Shown piece by piece: positions 37,937 through 50,325 of a DNA stretch of 64,000 nucleotides (positions within the stretch are counted from its first letter, which is position 1; each line of letters opens with the position of its first letter). The notes under the pieces are model-generated. The model worked only from the letters and a program-made list of their open reading frames with translations, was not told where the DNA came from and made no database searches. The position numbers and the translations under genes were made by a program. Source of the stretch: Okamejei kenojei (lineage: Eukaryota); NCBI GenBank assembly GCA_035221665.1, contig JAVHYY010000408.1:124001-188000 (forward strand), written 5' to 3'.

Positions 37937-39375
37937 TACTTTGGATAATCAATACATTCTGAACGTTTCCCTGACAAAATAACGTTTCTAGATGTTTCTT
38001 CCCTGCTCTCTTTATCTTCCGATGTTACCTTCCCTCCAACGTTCGAGCATATCACATCCAAACTCGGCCAGCAAGAAAGCGTCACTTCAGTAACATTCAA
38101 TTTCCCTAAACGCACACGGTAACATTAATGTGACCAAGCGAGATTGATCCAGCTGTGTTCATTCTGGTGAGTAAATATAGTTGGAGCATTCAAAGTTTAA
38201 CGCCCAGCTTCTGGCTCATCATTGCTGATTTTATTATGGACGTTTCCCTTTGATGGTCGCTATGCTTGTTATACCATCTTTGTTTATCTTTACCAAATAG
38301 CGTTTCAGAATCGCCTTAATAAATCGGATTCAACGGGTGACTTACTTGATTAAAGCGTAGACGACCTTCCTTTAAAGTATAATGTTCCCCCTCCATCAAC
38401 CCCACCTGCTAAAGTTGAATGTCCATCAATCCCACCAGCCAGTGTTTGGCCCATGTATTTCTCAAAATGTCCTATTCATGCACCTCTCCAGAAGTGTTTT
38501 AATTATTTTTACAGTTCCTGCCTCTACCACCTCATCTGTGGCAGCTCGGCTAAGTGGCACTCAACAATACGTTTTTGTGTTGAAAGGAATGTGTCCCTGA
38601 TAAGTGCGTTCCTTTGTACATTATCTTAGGCCTTTGGTTCTTGTTTCCGCTCCCCAATCTGGATACAAGCTCTGTGCAATATCTCCCTGTGCGAAGTCTC
38701 TCACATTAGTTCATTACATTATCAAGAGCACCTCTCTTTTTCCATGCGCTCCAAGGAAGAAAAAGTCTTAGTCTAACCCAAGGTATCTCCCTATATTGCA
38801 GTCCCCTCCGGTCAGGCAACATGTAATTATTCAATGCTCACCAACATAATTGCTGCAGTGAGGTGGACATACCGGAACCAAATACTCCAAATGCTGCCTT
38901 ACCAACGCCCTGTACAAAGGTGACATGACATACGTATTGCCCTGACTGATGAAGGCCATTGTACCGAAAGCCTTCATTGCTCACCATGGAACGCATAGAT
39001 TGGCTCACAGAGCACTGGGCGTAAACCACATAGCATGGCCTTTGTCGAGCTACCAGTCAAATGGAGAAGTGATGTCCTTCCGTTTAATAAAAGCATGGCG
39101 AATAGAACAAAAATGCACGTCGGTGAGGATGACGCCCGTGGTGGTGGAGAAGTTATTGGATAAGATTCTTCGGCATATAAGGTTTAAGATGAAGGGCAGA
39201 AGGTGGAATAGGAACTGGAAGGGTAACTCTCTCACACAAAGGCTGGTGGTTGTCTGCAACAAGCTACCAGAGGAGGCGGTTGAGGGTGGGATAAGCCAAA
39301 CGTTTAAGAAACAGTTAAACAGGTACACGGATATAACAGGTTTGTTGGGAAATGGGCCAAACGCAGACAAGTGGG

Positions 39376-39437
39376 ACTAGTGTAGCAGGTGTTACTAGTG
39401 TAGCAGGTGTAACTAGTGTAGCAGGTGTAACTAGTGT
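39376..39437. repeat. 18-bp tandem repeat (actagtgtagcaggtgta) x3.4
   Basis: Direct reading. Paralogous CR1 tails have one unit. Confidence 0.9.
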
Positions 39438-40657
39438 TAGCCTGTGTGGGCAGGTTGGGCCGAAGGGCCTGTTTCCAAGCTGTATCACTCTATGACTCTA
39501 TGACTATGGATAGAATCTACTCGCATTGAGAAAAGGGTGGATTTTATTGGGGGTATATCATACAAACGGTTCATTGTTTGAAAAACTGCGATGATGCATG
39601 GTAGACTCAAATAACTGTACCAGATCCGTGAGTATGTGTGACTTGCTCAACACACGGTGAGTTCTACCAGAGTGGTTCGCTCTATAAACTGGCATCGCCT
39701 CTAGAAAATCGGCGTGTGCGAAACTCATCGTTGTTCTGCGCCATTGAACAGCGAGCATTGCTCTTCGTCTGGGAAGAGAGGAATCCTAGGTGAGTTTCAG
39801 TGCGGACATTTTAAAAAGCCAGGCCAGGGACAGCTTGAATAGTTGGCCGAACTCTACCCACATCCCCGTTCAAACTGTGTCTCCCCCTCTATAACGTCTA
39901 AAGTGTCTCCACAGTTGTCTTCCCTTTTCTTGCGCAACTGCACGGTTCATTCAAACCACAAAAGTGAGAAGACCATTTTGTAATCATTTTTTAGGTGTTG
40001 TAAGACTGGTTTCCTGGAACGAAAAAGAAAAACGTAACCTCTATAACTGATGGACGTTCAGAATTTATCGCTACAAGGATGATGAGAGAACAAAATATTT
40101 CCGGCTCTTCTCGAACAGTCTAATTTTGCGCTTTGTTATCATTGCAATTAAACCTAAAATAAATTCTAGAGCTGAGGCACCTGAGCGGCCAACTGTATTA
40201 TTAACGGTCTCTCGGCAAACGACCTCGATTTTTTCACGTTTTTTTCAGCATACATCATTCAATAAAACATAATGGCCTACAGTTCTTTCTCCGTTACATG
40301 CAAAGTGGCGCACACTGATCTTTTGGCAAGACCCATGCATTTTTGCTGAAACAGATATCCGACCTTTCACTCTATTATGAACATACGGCAATGTCCGACG
40401 AGACATATTGTGTGTTCGATGGTGACTAATGCCGTCAGGTCTATGACTGACCCGTCGTGGCACTCCTGCATTTCGTGACTATCTCTCTCTTTATATCTTC
40501 AAATGATGCACTAATGCTGGAGAAACAGGATGGAGCGGAGCTTTGGATGTGGTGCCCGCGATTCTAGCTTGGTTGTTGGCAATTGCAAGATCATATTTTT
40601 ACAACAAATAACGGAATGTTGAAACCGGGGCGGAAATATACATTCTCTCGGAATAAT

Positions 40658-41576
40658 TTATTTTAATCGACTGAGGCAGTTTTCAAACACCACCAGCGGA
40701 TATTTCACCGCCTTCTTCAACTCCTGTCTGAATTTAGCCTGGGGCTCACTGCGTAAATAAAGGAATTCGTGCAGAAGCTGAGGTTCGAGAGCATGTTACC
40801 GCTTTCTTGGAGAATGTAACGTGGATTTCTGAAACTTGAACCGGAGAAATAGGAACCGCCTTTAATCCGAATGAACATAAAATTAACGACATACGTAACC
40901 CACAAGAACAGAAAACTTGCGGAGATGCTGAAAAGCAAAATTATGGATTTTCTCCGGTTCTCAATTTCTGCATCTTTCCCATCCTCGCGCTCCTTGTTAC
41001 CACGAAGTGCATTGCGGATTTTGTTGGACACAAATACGTGTCTGATAGTCAGAACATTGAATAAAAATATCAGAAGGAAAGGAAGAGAAGGTGTTAAAAT
41101 GTAATCCAGCCAATCGTAGGCTTTCCAGACAGGTTCAGTGAAGAAGCTTAACTTATAGTCACAAAACCAGGCCACTCCGTCCACTGTATACAATGGTTGG
41201 TATACAAAGTAGTAAGGGGCGTTCTTTACACCGCTCAGGGCACAGACAGAAGCTATTACCACAGCCGCGGTTTTCTTTGTGCAGTAACTATCTTTTAGCT
41301 GCCGACAGCAAATGGCTGCGAATCGATCGAAGGTGAATGCAACCGTCAGCCACACCGATGAGTCCCTGCTTGTATAAATCATCACCGTGCTGAAACTACA
41401 GGCGGCGGTGGTGGAGAAGAAACTGTTAATAAAGTAGATTCCGGTGATTCGATTCAGTATCACGGCGGAGACGATTACCAGCAGATCCGTCACCGCCATG
41501 GCCACTAGGTAATAAGTAACACATTTGGAGAGTCCACACCTCCCTCGCGATAGGATCACAACGGCCGCTATGTTCG
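40658..41576 (-). CDS. GPR139-like GPCR, gene G3, coding exon 2; 2-nt insertion near 40744 shifts the frame after TM7 (new stop at 40717)
   Basis: About 92% aa identity to G1 by manual comparison. Acceptor ttaacAG at 41578-41577. gcctggGGCtcac versus gcctgggtcac in G1. Ancestral TAA at 40660-40658. Confidence 0.88.
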
Positions 41577-42850
41577 CTGTTAAGACAAACAACGATAAGG
41601 GTAAAGGAGTAACATTATAGGACTGTTTGAAGGTGGGGGGGGGGGGGGGGGGGGGGGGGGTGCGGGATGCGGAATGATTTTGATGACATCCAGAATCAAG
41701 ATTCAAGTCATTTGATACGTCAACACATTTGAACCGTGACCTGGAGAAATGTCATCCCACAAATGTCGATCAACGTCTGCAGCAGAAGGCAATGGAGCCG
41801 GTGTCATTGCACATATTCCGGAGGAGGTTGGTGTTTTTTCAAAATGGTGAAATAATACCAAAATTAATGATCACTCATGCTACCGGTGAACCATAGAGCG
41901 GCTGACGGGCCGCTTAGTTTATCCTTGCTCCTATTTGATTTATTTCTATGTCGCTGGGAGATTGTAGAATACGTGGTTTGGTTCCATTGTTGAAATGAGC
42001 ACTCCATGTGAATTCCCAACTCCCTATGTGTGAAACATTTTGTCCTCTTCACCGTTCTAAATGGCTTTCTCCTTATCCATCAACTGTGGCTCCTGGTTTT
42101 GGACTCTCTTAACAGTCGGAAACATGTTTCGTGCCTCTAGTGTGTCCAAACATTGAAAATTATATGTTTCAATAAGATCCCCTCCCAGCCTTCTAAATCC
42201 CAGAGTATTTAAGCCTAGCCACTATATTCCATCAACAGATGATAGCCCCGCCTTCCCGCTAATTCACGTCGTGAACCTACTCCCTCAATAGCAACAATGT
42301 TCATCCTCAAATTTTGAAAACAAAACTGCATACAATACTCCAGGTGTGGTCTCACTAGGGCCCTGCACAACTGCAGAAGGACCTGTTTGCTCCTATACTC
42401 AACTACTCTTTTTACGAAGACCAACATGCCATTTGCTTTCTTCATTGCCTGCTGTACCTGCATGCTTACTTTCAGTGACTGTTGAACAAGGACCCGCAGA
42501 TCTCGTTGCACATACCCTTTTCCCAACCTGACACCATTGAGATAATAACCCGTTCAGATAATAATCTTGTTTTGCCAACAAAGGGGATAACCTCATATTT
42601 ATCCACATTAAATTGCATCTGCCATGCATCTGCCCACTCATCCAAACTGTCAAATTCACCGTGCATCCTCATGGCATTATTCTCATAGTTTACACTGTCA
42701 CCCACCTTTGTGTCATCTGCAAATTTGCTAATGCTACTTTTAATCCCTTCATCAAAATCATTAACGTATATTGTAAATATCTGCGGGTCGGCACCGAGTA
42801 TTGCGGTACTCCACTAATCACTGCGTGCCATATTGAAAGGGACCCATTAA

Positions 42851-43465
42851 CATAGAAACATAGAAACGTAGAAATTAGGTGCAGGAGTAGGCCATTCGGC
42901 CCTTCGAGCCTGCACCGCCATTCAATATAATCATGGCTGATCATCCAACTCAGTATCCCGTACCTGCCTTCTCTCCATACCCTCTGATCCCCATAGCCAC
43001 AAGGGCCACATCTAACTGCCTCTTAAATATAGCCAATGAACTGGCCTCAACTACCCTCTGTGGTAGAGAGTTACAGAGACTCACCACTCTCTGTGTGAAA
43101 AAAGTATTTCTCACCTCGGTCTTAAAGGATTTCCTCCTTATCCTTAAGCTGTGACCCCTTGTCCTGGACTTCCCCAACATCGGGAACATTCTTCCTGCAT
43201 CTAGCCTGTCCAACCCCTTAAGAATTTTGAAAGTTTCTATAAGATCCCCTCTCAATCTCCTAAATTCTAGAGAGTATAAACCGAGTATATCCAGTCTTTC
43301 TTCATATGGAAGTCGTGCTATTCCAGATATCAGTCTGGTGAACAATCTCTGTAGTCCCTCTATGGCAAGAATGTCTTTCCTCAGATTTGGAGACCAAAAC
43401 TGTACGCAATACTCCAGGTGTGGTCTCACCAAGACCCTGTACAACTGAAGAAGAACCTCCCTGCT
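42851..43465 (-). mobile_element. Young 5'-truncated CR1 nested in an older CR1
   Basis: Same subfamily as 24224-24847. (catagaaa)n tail. Short ttaa(a)c duplication compared with the empty site gacccgttaaaccctac at ~19527. Confidence 0.9.
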
Positions 43466-43689
43466 GTTAAACCCTACTGTTTGTTACCTCTCTTGAAACC
43501 AATTTTCTATCCATGTCAGTATCCTACCCCAATACCATGTGCTCTAATTCTGCCGACTAAACTCCTATGTGCGACCTTATCAAATGCTTTCAGTAAGTCC
43601 TGGTACACTACATCCACTGGCTCTCCCATGTCCATTTTCCTAGATAATCTTCAAAAAAATCTGGAAGATTAATCAAACATGATTTCCCC

Positions 43690-46600
43690 GACTTCCGGTG
43701 GCACTATGAAGTGGTGAAGGTGCAGTATTGCGTTCAGCTCCTGCTAAAATCGTGTAACAACTGTTTCTAAATTTGGGACCGATTTGAAAACATCCACCGG
43801 TGGCTACTTGGTGTCGTGGGCGTGATATCATCAGACAGTGTGGAGAAAATGTGAGTTTTAATAGGACCTTTAGATGAAAAAGGTAAAATATCAACAGGGA
43901 CCGAGAAAATATCAAGAAATCGACTATCAGACTCCTGCTGGAAGAAGATTTGGCAACCCTCCAAACAGCAACTGAAAGCTCAGACGAAGAATTTGATTCT
44001 CAACAAGCAGTATCTGAAATGGCTACAAAAGTAGAGACATAAGGGACGGAAACGGGGAAAGAAATGAAGCAGTGGGAACAAACGGTAAGAGCTAATCTTA
44101 CTAAAGATCTTACCATAGATCTCACTAAGGTATTCTCCAAAATACTCACTAACATGAATAAGACACTAGAGAACAAGCTCTCCAAAATGGAGATCAATCT
44201 CTCCAAGAAAATAGATGCTGCGCGTGATTAATCACAGGAACAGTTTGACTTTTTGAAGCAACTGCTGTTGGATCTGGAATCAAAGGAAAACTCAGGAATT
44301 TGCGATAAAGGAACATGATTATAATAAGAAATTTGATGAACTGACTGAAGGAGTTGATAAGTGGATAGAAAATATGAAGGTTGCAATAAGTGAGATGCCT
44401 CGGGAAATATCGACCCTGAAAGAAGAACAAGGGGTTAATCTGGAGCAATTGAATAAATTGACAGTTACATTTCAAGATTTGGAAGCTAGATCAAGGAGAC
44501 CGAACTTGAGGATTGTAGGAGTAAAGGAGGGACAAGAGCTAGGAACTTTAATGACCGAACTTGTTACTAAAATACTCAAAGATGTCTTTAAGTTGAAGGA
44601 AAACCCGAGGATTGATGTGGCACATCCGGTAGTTTGCTTCAGAAGATAAACAAATGCTTCCACAAGACAGATTTTTGTGATTTTTTTGGAAATTTCAAGT
44701 CTGGATAAACCACGTGAAGGAGGCTCGCGTTAGATGGAGAGACTGTCAAATTCTACAGGGACAACCCACGCGAAAATATTGGAGAAAAGGAATGTTTAAA
44801 AGAGCATGCAGCATTCTGCAAGGTAAATCAGAGGTGAAATAAGGAGTTGTGTTTCCAGCGAATGTGAAGATCAATTACAACTCCATTCAACGCGCCTTCA
44901 CGGACCCGGATTCGGCATTTAATTACGCACAATAAGTTGTAGAGAAAATAGAAAAAAGAGAAGTAAAGGTTGATGATCAAACTTTTATAGTGAAACTGTG
45001 CTGTAATTAAGATGGTGGAACTGCTCTAGTCATTAACCAGACAGGCCTATCTGTCAGGAGTGTGTATTCAATGAATATGCCCTGGTTTCAACCTTGAATA
45101 GATAAGGGGGAAAAATAATTGAAAGTAGAACATTTTTAAGTAACGCGATCAGATTTGAAAGAAAATCAAAGGAAATTTAAAGGGCTTAAGAAATGTTTCA
45201 ATGAATACAGTATATATGTAACGTAAAGAATAAACTAACGATATAAACTTAATATTATTAATTAATGTTTATGCTATTATATTAATGTAATACTAATATG
45301 ATTAACCAAGGTATTAACCTAAGGTATTTAGCGGATAAGGGGCATATAGAGATTATTATTATTAACAGATATATAAGGTTAATATGGTTGAAAAGAGATG
45401 AAATATAATTTAGGATGTAAACTAGCACACTACAATTTAATGAAAATGGGAATAAGAATATTATAACATCATAAACCTGTGGGAGGAAAGAGGCGTTAAT
45501 GATTTGGAAAAGATCCAGAGGTTTGGGCTGGAAGATAGTTGTATTTAAGATAAGAAATTTAACCCTTGAAACGGGCTGGTAATTGAGGTACAGATGAATA
45601 CTGTATATTCGGACAGGGACAGGGCATGTGTTCTCATGTTTTATAATTCCACGACTCGGGGATACTGAGCAAGTAACATAGAAGGTTGAAAATTGGGGTA
45701 GAAAAGAGAATATTTTAAACAGTAAAGATGACTTTTTTTTCCCTTTAGCTATATTAAGATGTATTAAGACATTTTTAGATGAAATGGCATGTAGTTATAA
45801 ATGCCATTGTATATAGGTGGCTGAACCCAATGTATAGTTCCATCTACGGATGTCAATCATTTTTTAGCCATCGTAGATGGCCTCTTGTATTTAGGGTATC
45901 ACCTTTTTGAAACCTTAAACTCACGTTTTTTTTGTTGTATTTACTTTTATGCGGCGTATTTAACAATCTTTCTTTTTTCCTCACTATTTTTCAACACACT
46001 TTTCTCTTTTTCTTATGGATGTTCAATATACGGGGGAGAGGTAAAATGACGTCAGAGTGTGGGATGATACCCATATACCCAAATGTCTGAGGTACCTAAC
46101 TGAGGTACCACATGAAGCAAAATCACTAAAACCTATTTATAATGCAGGATAATAAGGAAACAAAGAATGGAGGAGTCACATTTTGTAGTTGGAATATTAG
46201 GGGTGCGAATGATCCAATTAAAAGGGGCAAGATTATGGCCCAGTTAAAATCTTTAAAGGTGGATATTACTTTTCTGCAAGAAACGCATACGAAACTACAA
46301 ACACAGATGAGACTAAGGGCAAACTGGATAGGCCAAACGTATCACTCGTCATTTACTGCCAAAGCTATAGGAACGGCTATTATTATTCTGAAAGGTATAC
46401 CGTTTATATTAAAGAATACAATATTTGATAAAGAAGGAAGATACACGATAGTGGCGGGAGACATTTATTCCACTCCACTGACTGATAAATATTTATGCAC
46501 CAAATTTTGATAATCCCCAATTTTTCAAGAAAATTGTGGATAAAATCAATGAGTATAATTTTCAAAATGTAATCCTAGGGGGGGACACTGTTAGTGTTAT

Positions 46601-49074
46601 AAATTTATACTTGGATAAATCAATAACATTAATTCCAAGCCTAGTGAATTCTTAAACACTTATATAAAAAACACTAACATAACAGATGCATGGAGAATAG
46701 ATAATCCAACTGGAAGGGAATATTCGTTTTACTCATCAGTACACAAAACTTAGTCAAGAACTGATTATTTTTTGTGTACACAAAATTAATACCATATACG
46801 ATTAATTGTAAATACCACAATAGTATTATTTCTGATCACTCCCCGCTGACTTTTACTTGAAAACTTTTGGAAATGCCAGGTATAAAATCCTTTTGGAGAT
46901 TTAACACACAAATAGCTAATGACTATTTGTGTGTTAAATCTCCAAAAGTTTACGAGTATTTAAATCAACAAATGATTTTTTTTAAACAAACGGGACACCA
47001 GGTATTTCACCATCTCTTTTAAGGCATTCATTCGTGGAGTTATAATTTCATATCAAAGTTTCCGAAATAAACAAACAGGACAGAACAATGGACGTTAGAA
47101 AAGGATATTAAATTATTAGAATTAGGAAACGCAAAAGACCCAACCATATATAAACATAATAAGATAACATTATTGAAATTTAAACTTAATCGAATATTAT
47201 CGACAAGAGTAATAAGATTATATCAGATCACAAAACAAGTACAGTTTGAATTTGGGGATAAACCACATAAACTTCTAGCACGACAATTGGAGAAGCAAGA
47301 AAAGGAAAAAAAAACAATTAGTACAATTAAATCAGAGAACGGGAAACTATTAACTCTACCTAAGTGCATTAACAAAATGTTTGCACAATGTTATCAACAT
47401 TTATATACATCTAAAACTAGCATTGAAGTCTATAAAATTATAATTTTTTTAGATAAGTGTAACTTGACAAAATTGGATATCTTAGAACAAGAGGAATTAG
47501 GAGCTCAGATTACAAGTGAAGAAATAAGAGAAACAATAAAATAACTGAAAAATGGGAAGACACAAGGGCCTGATGGTTAATAGAAAGTATTTCAGGAGTT
47601 AATGGTCCCACGATTGCTTAAATTATACAGTTATGCGTTTAACGAAAATAAATTACCAGAAACTTTAGCAGAACCTACAAATACGTTTATACCAAAAAAA
47701 GATAAAGATCTAGAAGATCCGGGCTCGTATAGAGCTATATCACTTTTAAATACAGATCAAAAAGTTTTAGCAAAGATTTTAGCAAGAAGATTCAGCAAAT
47801 ATATTGATAAATTGATAAACCAGGACCAAATGCGGTTGATACCCAAAAGACAACCATTTAACAATTTGAGACGACTTTTTAATATAACGTATTCACATCA
47901 AGGGGAAAAGGAAGACAAATCATTTATATCTTTGGATGCAGAGAAAGGATTTGATCAGGTAGGGTGGCAGTATTTGTACATAGTACTCCAACAATTTAAT
48001 ATGGGAGATCATTTTATTAGATGGGTAAAATTATTATATGATAAACCAACGGCAAAAATATTAACTAATAATATGTTGTCTCCAAAATTCCAATTATCAC
48101 GGGGCAATAGGCAGGGATGTGTTTTAGCACCCCTGCAATTTGCCCTTATGATAGAGCATCTGGCTGAAAGGATAAGAACACATCCGAATATTCAGGGATA
48201 TAATACAAAGGGTTCTAATAAGAAAAGTTCATTATATGCGGATTATATACTTTTATATATTAGAAATTCACAACCGGGTATCCCGAATTTATTAAGAGGA
48301 ATTTGGCTCCTATTCTGGATAAAGAATAAATTGGGATAAAAGTGAAATTATGTAATTACAGCCCCATAAAGCGAACCATCTATTAAAATGTCCATTTAAA
48401 ATTGCAACGGCAATATTTAAGTATTTAGGTGTTCAAATTTCCAGAAGGTATAAATCATTATTTAACGCTAATTTTAGTCCTTTGTTAAATAAATTGAACG
48501 CTCTGATTACATTGTGGAAACGCTCCGACTATCATTAATTGGCAGAATAAATGCTATAAAAGTGATAGTGCTACCACAAATAATATATTTATTTCAATCC
48601 ATACCAATATATATACCAACATATATATTTTTTAAACTAGACTATAATATAACTAATTTTATATGGGACTACAAAGCACATAGAATTAAAATAAATCATT
48701 TGTGTAAACCTAAAGATGTAGCGGGACTTGCACTGCCTCATTTTTTATATTATTATTATTGGGCAGTGCATATTTAGAATATTATTTTTTGGTTGGATTG
48801 TCCTTCTCAATAGATGGAATGGATAAGAATGGGGGAAGAGGATTGATTTATTTACGATTTAGGAGCGATCCTCTTCTCCCCGATAAAATGAAATAATATA
48901 TTATGTAAGAAGAATTCAATCATACACATTATAATTCGAATTTGGAAACACATAAAATTAACTTTAAAATTAAGAAACTTATCATCATTAACACCAATAG
49001 TGAATAATCAGGTATTTAATCCATCTTTTATGGATAAAACATATAGACAATGGGAAAGATTGGGAATTAAAAAG
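43690..49074 (+). mobile_element. L1-clade LINE, 5'-intact, 3' end deleted; duplicate of the 1-4466 insertion
   Basis: Starts gacttccggt right after TSD aaacatgatttcccc (43675-43689). ORF1 remnants ~43870-44970. ORF2 from 46142 with APE and RT motifs YRAISLLNTD, SLDAEKGFD, RGNRQGC, YADY. Many stops. Confidence 0.92.
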
Positions 49075-50255
49075 AGGACCGTCCCGTACGCCTGCGAGAC
49101 GGGTTCGTAAGCCCAACCCCAAGTAGAAAGACACTCATCACAGACGTTAATTGATTGAGGTCTTCTTCGTTTCCTTTGCATCTTGCTCATTTCGTATCCC
49201 CTATTGCTTAGCTGACGCTTACGTCCTTGTATTGTGATGTTTGTAATTGTAGTTTTATATACTTGTATTTAGTTGCGAGTTGATGCTTAAGAATGAGGAT
49301 GTAAATCAATCATCATTAGTTGGTGTGATCCATGTCTGTTTTTATTGTTGTACACCTGATCTGTAATCCACTTCAGGTCTTCAACCATGTCATCCAGTGT
49401 GCCAGTTCGTCGGTTCTTTAGATTCATCTTGGAGCTTGAACAGATGCATATAATCGCTGTACATGCTTATGCTAAAAAATAACTTATATACGAAGCTGAA
49501 CGACTCAGTGTTTATAGTCTGAAGCAGGGTTTCTGCCCGAAATGTTGCCTATCTCCTTCGCTCCATGGATGCTGCTGCACCCGCTGAGTTTCCCCAGCAT
49601 TTTGTGTACCACAGTGTTTATATATATTCGTACAATTACACTCTTTGGAAAACAGATCCGTAATGCAGTTAATGCCAAATACGATGAATAATACAGCAGA
49701 AAACTCCCAACTGGACAGACTCACAGCATTTAACAGTTTTTAATTTAAAAAGCTTACAACTGCCCTGCACCTTAAAATGGAAATTAATATCCACGCAATG
49801 CTACTTAATGTACCCGAGGAACAAAGTACACGTTTGCACCTCACCTTTTGACTGTAACAGTGCAGAATGATAATTAATGTTATATTATATTTATTATAAC
49901 CATCGATTCTAAAACAATGGGTGTGAATAATTAATGACACATAACCGCTCGTGTTAAGCTTAAGGTGGAGGGTGAAACCGCACACTGATATTCACGTCAT
50001 CTTATTTCATTTGCCGAAAGCCTAAACCGTCATCATGCCGAAGAAGGCAACAGCAGAATGTCACTGAGTATCAGCAGCATCGCATACTGATCAGCAAACA
50101 CTGGAGGTTTGCAGTCGGGATACGTAATTGCGGTGGATGACTCAGAGCCTCAGATGACGAAAATCCCATGAAGTTAAAATGTAGGAGTCACAGTTATGAA
50201 AATACACAAATATAGATAAACGAATTTGGACCCGTTCAATATAGGTGAAACTTAC

Positions 50256-50325
50256 GTGGAACTCCAATGATTGCGATAAAGGTGTAGAACATGGCAACCA
50301 CAAGCCCACTTACTGGTGCGTGCAT
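50256..50325 (-). CDS. GPCR gene G3 coding exon 1 (MHAPVSGLVVAMFYTFIAIIGVP +1 nt)
   Basis: ATG at 50325, 70 nt, donor GTAAGT at 50255-50250. Intron 41577-50255 contains CR1 and L1. Confidence 0.85.
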
